The notes under the pieces are model-generated. The model searched no databases and was not told the DNA's origin. It saw only the letters and a program-made list of their open reading frames with translations. A DNA stretch of 64,000 nt from Amoebophrya sp. A120 (Eukaryota; Protista; Dinoflagellata). The number at the start of each line of letters is the position of its first letter. Within the stretch, counting starts at the first letter, position 1. The position numbers and the translations under genes were made by a program. Shown in pieces: positions 12,831-24,550 of this stretch. The DNA is taken from NCBI GenBank assembly GCA_905178155.1, contig CAJINV010000003.1, positions 9,803,979-9,867,978 on the forward strand, given 5' to 3'.

Positions 12831-13140
12831 CTTCGATTATCCTCCTCCCCCGTCCTCTATCTCGGTCTCATAATAGCCTTGGTTGGTAGTCTTTCGCTGC
12901 TTGGGGCTCTTCTGCGCACTTACGCTTATAGTTCCACTTTTGTTCTTCTCCACACGTCCTCGGCCGATCTTGTTAGTGTTACACTATCCGTCTTCGTTTT
13001 CCTTCTATGAAACATGAACTTGACTCTATGGCATGACTAACTCTACAGCACCCCTGCGCCTGGGGTAACCTAACGCATTATATATAATATATAAACCAAT
13101 TGGATTGATTGAATTGGATTAGTATCGGATGGATGGAGCA

Positions 13141-15700
13141 ATGGAGTGGGGCGGACTCGGGGTTGTAAGAGCTCCGTCGAGTGTTTTCATGAGCTAGACT
13201 TGACCACGCTTACTAGATTTTAGTAGAGGCGGCTAACGGTGAACCTGCACCCCGCCCACGTATCATACAAACCCCGGGCTTATCGACATGCTTAAGGGGG
13301 ACGGGGAAATCAGCCCAACGCTGGCAGACCCACCGATAGTCTTATACCGGCCAATGTAATAACTTCACGCGCCAGACGGGAGCACACGTCGAACCCTAAA
13401 CCCTGTCTAAGTTATCACTTATCAGTCTCTTACGTACTAGTTTTTCTAACAATACAAAGTCTTATTTTTTTCATGCATCTCACCTCGGCCTGTTTGACAT
13501 TTTTTCTTTTCGAACCCTTTTGTGGAAGATAAACATTTGGATCCAATTAGTAGCACCACGGGCATGTGCACACACACCGCCCTGGAGGCGGCATGCAATG
13601 CACAGCACTGGGAACAGGATCTTCTTTATCTTTTTTCAAGAAGGTAGCTTTACTTTTCTTTTCCTGAAGGAGCACTACTTTTGTTGTCGTTAGAATAAAC
13701 AAAACTACCGCCTCTGCATGTTGTGGCCGAGGTGCATACAAAACGCAGGACCGAACTTTTTCCATCTAGTGCCACCGAGCCGCGCAGTGGTCTTGTGCGC
13801 TACCACTAGAGTTAGGTCGAGGCGGGCGCTAGCGCTACGCGGCATGTACTACACGATCACGCAAGGGCGACGGCCACGGCAGTTAAGCGATCCGCGGACC
13901 GCAATGCAAATTTTTTAGCCACCTCGGTGGGCCCCGCGAACGTCACGCGTGTCGCCGCAACTGCTGACGCAACAGCAGTGCGGGGGATGTAATAAGCTAA
14001 GCCTTTGAGGCCTATTCTAGGCATCCCCGTCTAAGTAACGCCGGTCGATGAGTTCCTACATGTTTATCTCCTGCTGCAACAGGGGCGCTAAGTATAACGA
14101 ACTTCTAAACTATATCATCGCCGGGAATAGGTCTTTTAACTAGTAGAGCTCTTCTAAGTTAATGGAGTGGGGCGAACTCGGGGCTGTAAGAGCTCCGGCG
14201 AGTGCTTTCATGAGCTAGACTTGACCACGCTTACTAGATTTTACTAGAGGCGGCTAACGATGAACCTGCACCCCGCCCACGTATCATACAAAACCCAGGG
14301 GAAGCACGCATGCATATAGGGGGGACGGGGAAATTGGCCCTACCCAGGCAGGCCCACCGGGAGTCTTATGCCGGCCAATGTAATAACTTCACGCGCCAGA
14401 CGGGAGCACACGTCGAACCCTAAACCCTGTCTAAGTTATCAGTCACACACTTACACACTAGTTTATTTTCTTCTAACAATACAAATCTTAATTCTTTTTT
14501 TTTCATGCGCCTCGCCTCGGCCTGATTGACATTTTTTTTTCGAGCCCTTTCGTTGAAGATAAAATTTCGGATCCAACTAGTAGCACCACGGGCGTGTACC
14601 TACACACCGCCCTGGAGGCGGCATGCAATGCACCGCACTGGCTCCAGCACTCGGATCGGATCGGAGTGGCGAGTGGTGGGGCGGTCCAGAACTTTAAGAG
14701 TGCAGCTGGAGCTTTCATGAGCTAAAACTTGGCCACGCTTGCCAGCTTTAGTAGAGGCGGCTAACGATGAACCTGCGCCCCTCCCTCGTGTCATACGAAA
14801 ACCCAGGGCAAATACGCATGCATACAGGGGGGATCGGAGTGGGGCGAGTGGCGAGTGGTGGGGCGGTCCAGAACTTTAAGAGTACAGCTGGAGCTGTAAG
14901 AGCTCCGGCGAGTTTTTTTCATGAGCTAAACTTGACCACGCGCGCTAGATTTTAGTAGAGGCGGCTAACGATGAACCTGCGCCCCCCCCTCATGCCATAC
15001 AAAGCTCAGGAGTCAGGAGTGGGGGCGTACTCGGGGCTGTAAGAGCTCCGACGAGTGTTTTCATGAGCTACACTAGACCACGCGTACTAGTTTTAGTAGA
15101 GGCGGCACCCCGCCCACGCGGCTTCTTTAGTAGAGGCGGCTTCTTTCTCCTAGTGGAGATATACTGGCGTAATGGTGGGGACGGCTCACTGCGCACTAGA
15201 CTCGCCGATGGGAATTTACGATCTAACTGTTTACTTTGCCGTACGAAAATTTTCTTTGATCTACTTCCTTGAACTGCTCGACTGTGGATTTAGTATACAA
15301 ACTCTACCGCCTTCTTGTTTTTTTGGCCGAGGTGTCTAGGGCGCTACTAGTGCCACTGATCCGCACAGTGGGCTTCCGCGCTGCGAATATTTTTAGGTCG
15401 TCGAAGGTGGGCGCTAGCGCTACGCGGAATGTACTACACCATCAGGCATATAGTGACGGCCACGGCAATGCAGTCGCTCAGACCACCATGCAAAATTATC
15501 TAGCCTCGCCATGAGGTCCCGGCGAACGCCACGCCTTTCGCCGCATCTGCTGGCGCAACAGCAGTGCGAGGGATGGACTATCTTAAGCCTCTTCATCCCT
15601 TTTCTATACTAGTACTACCGGTCGGCGTGCTATGTAAGGTTAAATCCCTAGAGCACCAGGGGAGCTAAAAAAATAACTTCTTCACCGCCGGGCGCTACAC
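13141..15700. repeat. Imperfect tandem duplication of a ~1-kb unit with internal sub-repeat expansions
   Basis: 13141-13610 matches 14162-14640; 13700-14110 matches 15300-15690. The module TTCATGAGCTA(G/A)ACTTGACCACGC...TAGAGGCGGCTAACGATGAACCTGC recurs, with variation, at about 13185, 14207, 14714, 14918 and 15060 (last copy partial). Confidence 0.9.
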
Positions 15701-15974
15701 CAGTACTACTTTTTTCCATTTTTTTTCTTTTACTACTCGTTGGAAGCCGAGCGCACCCGCCAACTCCTGAGAACTCTCGTTTATTCTGCAAGTCATATTT
15801 CTACGGGCGAGTCGGGTTTTCTTGCTAGAAGTTTAGTCTCAGACTTACGCCTTCATACTATCAATGCGGGGATTGCGCTTGCTTGCGCAAGAATATGTCC
15901 GCGCCGTCAAAATTTTAGAATACTATACATAGAGATAGAAGTCTTGGTCTTGGAGATCGCTTCATGGATGACTT

Positions 15975-17066
15975 TCACTTGACGTAAATTTTCTTTCCAT
16001 GCAGGTTTGGTCGGAAGTTTTTTATTCCCATGTAAAATAACAAGCGCTCTGGTAGAAGGTCGTCATCTTTAGCCTCCACCAGGAAAGCGAGCCGCGCATG
16101 TCGCCCGTCCGTCGACGCGACGTATTCCCAGGCCATTTTCGTTGTTGCGCAAAACATGCTGCTGAACTTCCGAGTGTCGACGTAGATCTCCAGGACACGG
16201 CACTGGGACGCTAGGTTTCCCTCCAGAGGACGCAGCTGTGTCGATTTGGTCAGCAAAATCGGCTTGCCCGCATATCCGACCAAAAATTTTGGAAACCCGT
16301 CCATTTCCATGCCCTTCAAGCTCTCCGGGCAAAACGTCCACAGCCATTTGAGTGGGAGGGACCGCACAGACTCCCCTGCGCGGAGCAGCTTCCGCCAATG
16401 ACGAACGTGCTTCAGCTTGTGGAGCTGCAAGTCGGTTAGACCCGAGGGGAAAAGAACAGTGGAGACTAGGAAATCCTCCCTGGCTGCACGGTTCATGCCG
16501 TCTGCTGTTCTCTTGGCATACTCCTGATACTCCACCTCGAGCACGTCCAGCACGTCAGGCGCGAGTGTGTAGTACGTGAGTCCGTTCCAGCCATTGTCGT
16601 CCATCGGATAGGTTTTTGTCAAAACGGATGGGGATGTTTTGGGAATGGATATGTGGCAAACCAGCACGTAGGGCACAGCAAATGCTTCGCGGTACTTGGG
16701 ATGTTTCGGCCATTTGTCGGAATGTTGCTGGGGTAAGTCCACCAGAATCTTGTTCACAGGCATGATCCCTTCGTAGCCCCCTGGAAGCAGTACGTACAAA
16801 GGTGAGCCCGAAGGCTCCTTTTTTTTCGTTTTCGTATATCCTTTCTGGCGGATATGGAAGAAACTGGGATCCAGGGCAGGCGAAACCTGAGCGATGCCCT
16901 CAACCTCGGGACGAGTGTCGGGATACAGCTCAAAGCCGCGCGCCGTCTCACCAGCTACTTCGCCGCAGAGTAAGCCGCTGTGGGTACTACTCGCCCGTCC
17001 TGGCATGGCATCCAAATGAAAAGCTCCATCACAGTCTACCTCTTTGACTTCATCAGGCCGTTGCAC
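15975..17066 (-). CDS. EDR2 C-terminal (DUF1336) domain protein; 5' exon(s) probably upstream
   Basis: Family-like motifs FHIRQKGYTKTKKKEPSGSPLY, YAGKPILL, LEIYVDTRKFS and RLAFLVEAKDDDLLPERLL. Confidence 0.8.
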   Translation of the reverse strand: MQRPDEVKEVDCDGAFHLDAMPGRASSTHSGLLCGEVAGETARGFELYPDTRPEVEGIAQVSPALDPSFFHIRQKGYTKTKKKEPSGSPLYVLLPGGYEGIMPVNKILVDLPQQHSDKWPKHPKYREAFAVPYVLVCHISIPKTSPSVLTKTYPMDDNGWNGLTYYTLAPDVLDVLEVEYQEYAKRTADGMNRAAREDFLVSTVLFPSGLTDLQLHKLKHVRHWRKLLRAGESVRSLPLKWLWTFCPESLKGMEMDGFPKFLVGYAGKPILLTKSTQLRPLEGNLASQCRVLEIYVDTRKFSSMFCATTKMAWEYVASTDGRHARLAFLVEAKDDDLLPERLLFYMGIKNFRPNLHGKKIYVK

Positions 17067-18229
17067 TTATCAATTGTTTGATAATCGACGAAAAAAAATT
17101 CCGCAGCTGCCTTGCCTGAAAGTGCATGACCGTCAACATCTATGCCAGGTTTATCCTCATTCCCTTTTATTTTCTCTGCAGCACACGATCAAACAGTAAC
17201 AGCTAGAAGCTGTTTTTTCTGAGCCGCGGCATCTTTTTCTGACTCATTCACATTCAGAAACAACAGCTACAAATGGGCACATGCCTCGGTAGGTCCAAGC
17301 TACAAGTGAGATCATGTCTCCGCGGGCAAAAGTCTGGCTCAATATCCAGCGTTACGCGTTGATTGGCGATTGCAATACATACTTCCGGCAGTGCTGGAAC
17401 TGTAAAAGCAAATCAATGTAACAACAGACACAGATAGAAATCGTAAAAATGACTGAAGCGGAATGCCGCTGCGGCTGCGGTTCTTCCCACCTTCGAACCT
17501 CGGCGGCGCCGCCTTTTTCGTTTCACATGCGCCCAGTGAATCTGAATGCGCCCAGTTCCCTACAGTAGGTTTGAGATACTGTCTTCAGACCGTTTCTCAA
17601 TTGCGTGCGCCTCCCTACAGTGCCTACAGCACATCACTGGCTTGGAGTGAACAGCTGGGATAAGACTCCAACAGGAATAAGATTAGCCCTTAGCTCCCAC
17701 CGGGAACAAGATCACCTCTTACTCTGCTCGCATCTCTTGGCGCGCGAGTAACTGCCTGACTTATGCGGCTAATGAATCCTGAGACTGAGAGCAACGGAAA
17801 CAAGATCAGACATTCCATCTGCCACAAGTTTGCAAGCTTCTCATGTTTGTTATACGTATTTATTATTAGGAATCTTGAATAAAATGATAAAAATGACTGC
17901 GATGAGTTTTTCCCTCTATAGATGGACTTGGCGATGATAGCGCTGCTCTGGTGCCCGAGCATGCCGGAAAGTCGCCTTGCGAACTGCTGCAACTTCGTAC
18001 TAGTGCCCTTCATACCCGACTCCGCAGATTTACTCCCTGCGCCAGGCTGTAAACCTAAGGGTTATTTTTCTGGTCGGCCTATTGTTTCGAGCAAAAATAA
18101 CGAAGCGCACTACGCCTATGCTAAAGATTCTACAAGCAGTTCCTATCTAAGTACTTAAATGCATGTCCGGCACAGGTGGATGCGTGCAGATCGCCAATCC
18201 ATGAAGTCCGAGGCTCTGACGCCACGCAT

Positions 18230-18560
18230 CCCGTGACCATTCCGCCGGCCAAAAACCATAGGTAGGTGGCTTGAACAAGCAAGGCGTGGCCGTGCCAAAC
18301 CAGCGACCATCTCTACCACCGCCCAACTGCATTTCGCACCTTGTGCGATTTTGGATCCACCCTTACTTACCACTACGAGACCCCCAGCAGTCACACGGGC
18401 AGGCTCCGGGTTCGGATGTATCGCTGCCCTCCACCAACCGGGCGGGGACGCCGGCAACAAAAAATTTCGGGTGCGCGGGAGCGCGCTGCACACCCCAGCA
18501 TATGCATACTCATATTGTTCGTAGGTAATCAAACGACAACCCGCCGGAGCTTGCTTCCCC
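18230..18560 (+). pseudogene. Decayed Ser/Thr protein kinase fragment
   Basis: RRGRAKPATI (cf. HRDxKPxNI), frameshift, LCDFGS at about 18340, then RMYRCPP (cf. YR.PE) and ICILILFVG (cf. GCILxELxxG), in kinase subdomain order. Confidence 0.5.
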
Positions 18561-21500
18561 AGATAAGTGGCGGCCGGCGCTGGGGCCGACCCGTCTCCCT
18601 CTTCGCCCGCCGCCCCCTACCCGCCGCTGCGCTTTTGCGTTTTCTCTCCACCCGCCCCAAAGCCTCCGCCCTGGGCCGCAGGTGGAGGGGGTGACCCCGG
18701 CGGCGCGCCGGGGGCGGCGCCTCCTGCTCTAGCCCAGGGCAAAATAAGCTTCCCGGGGGGGATACGTAAGGACCAGCGCCTCCATTTGGTGGGCGGCCTT
18801 ACGTGTTGACGGCGTTACGTGCGGGCGGCGGAGTGGTGAAACTCCTCGGGGCATTGGGGCAAACCTGGCAAGCAAGTGCGTGCGCGATAATTTGCCCAGC
18901 GCGAGAGCCACCATACCTATTCGGCAAGCCGCAAGCCGCGGGCGCGGCCCCGCCGCGCGCCCGTGCAAGACATTTCGCCAGGCGGGGGGGCGAAGGGTGG
19001 GGCGCAAAGTCCGGGCCGCCGCAACTTTTGCAAATTCCCCAGAAGCCCGCGTGCCCTGCCGAGCCACCAGAGCCGGCCACTTCTGACGCGGGGCAGGCGG
19101 GTGCAGGATTTGCTCCCCTAGCCCTGGCCAGATGGCGCGCTTGGGACATGCCCCCGCCCAACTCCCTCGCGGCCTTTTTTTGCGCACTCGCGGGAGCATG
19201 GCGAGAGTGCGCACCCCCCGGGCCGCCCTTGCCGGCCAGTCTTCCGGGCGGATTAGGAGCGCAGGCCCTTTGCTTTGTTTCCTCCCTTGTCTCTCCGGAG
19301 TCAAGGCGGCAGGCTTCCAGACATTAAGCACCTCCCTTCTACTGGGCAGCTCATGAAGGCAAAATGCTTCGCGAAAGCATTTTGCGTTTAGGAGCTGCCC
19401 AGGAGGGAAGGCGCAACGCGCCTTCCCTTCTGGGCGGTGCTCTATCATGCTGTCCGCGACTTGCAATTTTTGCCGCTTTTCCGCATTTCGCCGGACCCCC
19501 ATAGGGCGGACGGTTCGGGACAAAATCCGCCCGCACCCTTTCATCCACCAGCCCCCAACGGCGTCTTTTTGCGCGCCTTGTCATATATTTTTCCGCCGCG
19601 CCGTCGCCCGGGCCTGGGCGCCCGTGCAGGTCGGGGGCCCTGAAGCTGCATCCAGCGAGTATGGCGCCGCCGCAAGGAAATTCTCTGCCGTCGTTTTTAT
19701 TTTCGGACTCTCGTGCGGCCCAGAGAAAAAAACGCAATCTTTTCCGCCTTCCCTGATGCCCCGGCGCGTTTGTTGGTTGTTTTTTGCGTGTGGTCGTGCT
19801 GTGCTTCCGCGCACCTCCCACGCAGCCTTTTGGAACTACATCCCGCCGACTTCTCTGGCCTTCGCGCCTCTCGGCGGCTGCTCACATGGTAACAGAATAT
19901 GCCTTCGCGCTGCGTTTGCAAAAAGGTATCGCGGGCGCGCAGACCGCGCCCGCCGTCCCACATTTGGCTGCCCGAGAGTGGCCGCATGCGCCACGGCCCT
20001 CTCACAAAAATTCTGCGGCACTGGAAACGGTCCTGATTCGAGGTCTTTTGCTCTTGTTTTTCTTTGTTAGTGTTCATCTGGCGACGTAGTGCAGTGCTTC
20101 CAAAGTCTCGCGCTGCCGTTCGTATCATGACGTCATGGCGCATACCCTGACAGCCATGGGAAAGATGGCAGAAAAAGCCTACCAGAGAGCACGCGCGGCC
20201 CTACCTGATGTCGCTTCATAGCGGGGTGGGCGGGTGAAATTTCGGTTGGTCACGCAATCGAGCCAATGCATCTGCCTTGCGCCGAAGAGGGGTAAACGCC
20301 CGCGTTTACACAAGCAGAAGCAGACTCTTGCGAATTCTATGGGGAATAGGGTGAGAGGCCCAGCACTCACGTGCCGGGCATACTGCCTACCCTTGTCGCC
20401 CCTGCTCTGGCTGAACTCACAGGCTCGCTGTTTGAAGACAGCGAGCGCGCCACCTGCGTCACATGTCTCGCGCCACCCAGTCTGCCAGGCATGGCGTCGC
20501 CACCAGGGCGCATCCTCTAACAACTGGGGAGAAAAAAGATACCAGGCGCGAAGCCTGCCAGCGACTTCGCGCGATCCCCATGCCGCCTCAGGGCAGGATG
20601 GTGGGGAAAATTTGGATCGCGCGATCAAATCAGGTGGCGCTCTTTCGCCGAATCGGGCAAGTTGGCGCTTTTAGCCGGGCAGACACGTCATGAGGATGAA
20701 GGACCCGCCGGACCTTACATCCCCTTCGCGTTGCCTGCTCTAGTTTTCTCTCTGCCTGAACTCACAGGCGTGCCAGCCGTTCGAAGATGCCGATGGTCAG
20801 CTTTCAGCCCCGTTGTATTAATATTCGTAACGCTTCCACCGGCGGAGCGTAGTACGTCGCTCTCGCAACTGGTACTATCTATAGCTATTTTCCTGTCATA
20901 AACACTTCAGGCACGCATGGTCACGGGCCTATCGAGCGGCATGGGCATGCTACAAAACTAAGTAAGTAAAGGATGGAAAAGGATAGTACGCAAACTCTTC
21001 TACAGTGTACCCGGTACCTTGGCTAGCGAGCAAATGACTAACATGGGACAGCCATCTTCACAGTGAAAAACACCGCCCCACCATGATACCCCACGCCGTT
21101 CAGAACAACGGAGAGCGAGATCAACCATGACCAACAACAAAAGTTACTGCTACTTAAGTCGCCTGTCTCAATATCGATTTGTGCGCAATTAACCGGAACT
21201 ATCCGCTCCGGGCGACCCCTACTCTCTCTCTCCTGCCGACCCTCTCAGAAGTTGGCAGGTCCAGTGATTAAAGCTGTTGATGGATAGACTCCACTGACTT
21301 CTTTTCCGGTTACACAAGCGTATCCACGATATCATCCTCATCATCATCTACTTATCCTGCACTGGGAGGGCGTGCATGAGGTTGCGGGGGCATCAGCTTG
21401 TGCTGGCGAAAACGGCTGTGCTGGGCATGCTGGTAAGGCTGCATTTTTCGCATGAATAGGCGCGCGCTTAAGATCTGGTCATCTTATGCCAGTGAAAGAG

Positions 21501-21829
21501 TTAGAGAACTTTTCTAAAAAATGGCGGAAGTTTGTCGCTTTATTGAGTAATAATAGCACCCGCCTGAAGATGCAAAAACGTATAAAAGCGAAAAGCTGGC
21601 GAAGCACGACTGTCTTCAAGCGCCGCATGACATCAAGGATGAAGCCTTTTTAGTGCGTGCTTATCGTGTTCATGTGCAGCATGATATTAGAGCCTTCCAC
21701 AACCTCATCAGTTAGCCCGCCTCGGACTCGGTCTTGCAAGAGCCCTCATCTGCCACAAAAATCAAGCGCGCAACTTTTTGTCTCAGGACAACGACAAACA
21801 GCATTTTTTTATACTTATACTAGGGTCAG

Positions 21830-23010
21830 CAGTCCGGCCCCTGGCCCGTATAGTGAAAGCAAAAAGTTACAGACCACTGAAGGCCGCGCAATTCGTGCGG
21901 CTAGGTAGAAAAACCGCGCGCGCTGTCGTTCGTTCGAGAAAGGAGAAACTGCGCGCCAAAAATTTCGTACAAACGCGAAAGGAAAAAGCGCCATCGGTGA
22001 CGTCCAACCGCGCTCAGGCGCGTAGCCCTTAAAGAACTCATCGGCGAAGGGCCCCCATGCATAAAAAACCCATCTCGTCTGTCCCCGCGTTGTGTTCACC
22101 GGTCGCAGGGGAGGGCATTAGCCCGCCGTGCTCGCCCGCGATGCAGGTGTGCACTGGCTAATCGCACGGCCTGCCTGCCTGCCCTCGCCTGTTCCCGGTC
22201 CCCGCAGCCGAACGGGGAGCCATCGGCGCCCCCACCGGCCGCGTGCTGCCGCCCCCGCTCGCCGCCCCCGCGTGCAGCCGCCCTCGACTTCCACCCGCCC
22301 GCCCGCACACATTGTCCTGCGGCTGACCCCGGCCGCCTGCCTTCCCCCGCTCGTGCTGCGGCCAGTCCCCGCCCCCGGGCGGCCGGCCCGGCCCGCCCTG
22401 GCCCGCGTTTCCCGCCCCCGCCCAACACCAGCCTCAACCCTGTTGCTTCCTTTGCCTGCCCGCCCGGCCCCGGGCCGCGGCCGCCTTGGGGAGCGCGGCA
22501 CCCCGCATAATTCCCCGCCCCCGCCCGGCCGCCGTACCGCGCCGCGGCCGCCTGCAAGTGGGGCGCGGCCCCCCCGATTCCCCGCCTTTTGACGCCCCTT
22601 GCCGGCCGCCTGCCCGCCCGGCCCCGGCCCCCCCCGCCCTTGGCCGCGGCCGCCCGCCGGGGCGGGATGCGCTGCCGCCCCTATACACTCGTCGCCCCCT
22701 GTTGTGGCCGCCTGCCCGCCCCGAGCCGGTCTCCGCCGGGGGGGTGGGGGGCGCGGCCCCCCCCCCGTTCCCCGCCCCCGCAACTTTCCGCTCCCTGCTA
22801 CCTGCCCGCCCGGCCCGCGGCCGCCGGAAGGGGGACGCGGCCCCTCCCATTCCCCGCCCCCGCAGCTGGCCGCTCCCTGCCGCCGGCCCGCCCGGCCCCG
22901 GCCCGGCCCCCCCGCGTGCCTCGCGCGTTACGCGACGCGCAGCGCGTTACGCGCGCCCGCGCTCGCGTCTTGAAATTTTTTGCCGTTTTTCTGTGGCCAG
23001 GGGCTTTTGT
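21830..23010. other. Extremely GC-rich, C-skewed insertion with short inverted end motif GCCCCTGGCC
   Basis: 22100-22960 is nearly all C/G with C runs on the + strand. GCCCCTGGCC at about 21837 and its complement GGCCAGGGGC at about 22995. Confidence 0.5.
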
Positions 23011-23019
23011 TTTATCTAC

Positions 23020-23340
23020 TCCGTAGTCCGTGTCTATAGACAAGTGGAGCTCTGGTGCGACACTTCGAAAAGTTTTCTCTTGAGCTCTCCATACGACTTT
23101 TTCCGCGTTGCTGGCTGAGGATATCAAATCCAGATCCTCGTCCGCGGTGGCATTTGAACTGTTGTCGCGGCAGAACAAGTGGCCCGCGTCTGTAATATCC
23201 ACACCAAATTCGTCATGCTGCGAAACCGAGGAAGCCAGCTTTCCATTCTCTCCGTCGAGCAATGTCGGCAATGCTGTGCTTGAGGTGCCCGCGCCTTTGG
23301 GACCTCTCTTTCCACCACCCAGCACGGAGGGCCCGGCGCA
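23020..23340 (-). CDS. Hypothetical protein exon
   Basis: The middle of ORF 22798-23436 (ALPTLLDGENG...APELHLSIDTDY) is protein-like and moderate GC; its flanks run into GC-rich repeats. Confidence 0.4.
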
Positions 23341-23899
23341 ACACCATCTCCGCGGCTGGCGCATTATACCCGAGTGAATTTTCTGGCGTTTAAAGGGCCT
23401 ATTGTAGGATCGAAAGTCTTCACTCTGTGGACGCACGAGCCCCAGAGGAGCCGTAGGTCGTCGCCGTTAATATCTCGCACTCGCAACTGGCAGGGGTATG
23501 CATTTCAGTGCGAAGACGGAAGATCTCCGGCCCGAGGCAGAACACATCAAATTTGGGAAAAAAAGTTCAAACTTCCTGGAACTTGTAAAAGCAAAGGAAT
23601 CGGGAGAGCGAGCCCGAAAAGATGCGCAAACCCCTCGGAGGAAGGGCCGGCACGGGGGTGGGGGGGGAACGGGTGCGGGCGCCTGCATTTCCGGGCGTGC
23701 AGTATTCGGATCGGGAAAAGAAGCACGGCGGCTTTCCTGGTTTTTCCAGAGTGATCGCTGCGGGGCAGGGGCGCGGTCGCAGTCAGAACTACACGGCCCG
23801 GCCCATCCACTCCCAGCGTTTTCACGCCCGTACGCCATGTCTTTGTGCGTGCCGCGAAAAAGAAGGGCTGCCGAATGCCCGGCGCTTCCATTAAAGTCA

Positions 23900-24550
23900 G
23901 CCCTTTGCTCGCGTCTTATGGCGCGCGAGTTACTGTCTGCCGTATGCAACTATTGCTTCCAGAGAACAAGTCCTTTGAGAAAGCTTGAAGTGAGCGTAAG
24001 TACTACAGCAAGACCAAAAACCGCTCGCTTTAGCGGTGCGCGACCTAGTGCCGGAAGTCGCACGGTGTGAGTGGGTCCGAAAATCCACTTCCATTAAATT
24101 CAAGTTAGGACCCCTCAACAATCCTAAACCGGAAAGCCCCGCTGTGACGGCCGCTGGACGGGGGTGGAAGAACCGGGACCGGACGGAATCAATGCAGTTG
24201 CGGAGGAAAGAAGATTCGTCGCCGGGCGCTTCCAGTAAAAAAAACAAGGGTAGCACGAATAGAAACCGCAAGCAAGAGGGTAGGGACGCGAAGCGCCACG
24301 GGCGACCACTCGCCACACTAGACATGATTTTTCCAGGGCGCAGCCATGCCAAAGCACTGCGCATGGGGTGCCTGCCACTGGAGCTTCTTCGCGGGTCTTG
24401 ACTTCTTCCGCGGCTGCAGCTATCTTTTTTTAGAAAAAACAGGGGCGAGGCCAGAAGTGGAACGCTGGGCCGCAACGAAGTGCGAAAACGCAAACGCGGA
24501 ACAGTCCGAGGGGCACCGAGGGAGTCGCGCATAGAGAAGTAGGCCCCTTG
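23900..24550 (-). mobile_element. Decayed reverse transcriptase N-terminal remnant (Gypsy/DIRS-type)
   Basis: PSVPLLASPLFFLKKDSCSRGRSQDPRR (cf. SP.ASPLFFVKKKDG..R...DYR.LN), followed by HPMRSALAWLRPGKIMSSV (cf. PLP.I...L...KIFS.LD). Confidence 0.45.

Noticed and set aside
13391-14428. Telomere
   Set aside because: Fewer than two full CCCTAAA units per copy, internal to a duplicated block.
22096-23118. Multiple overlapping 120-220-aa ORFs
   Set aside because: They arise from the absence of stop codons in almost pure GC sequence; low-complexity P/A/R/G content.
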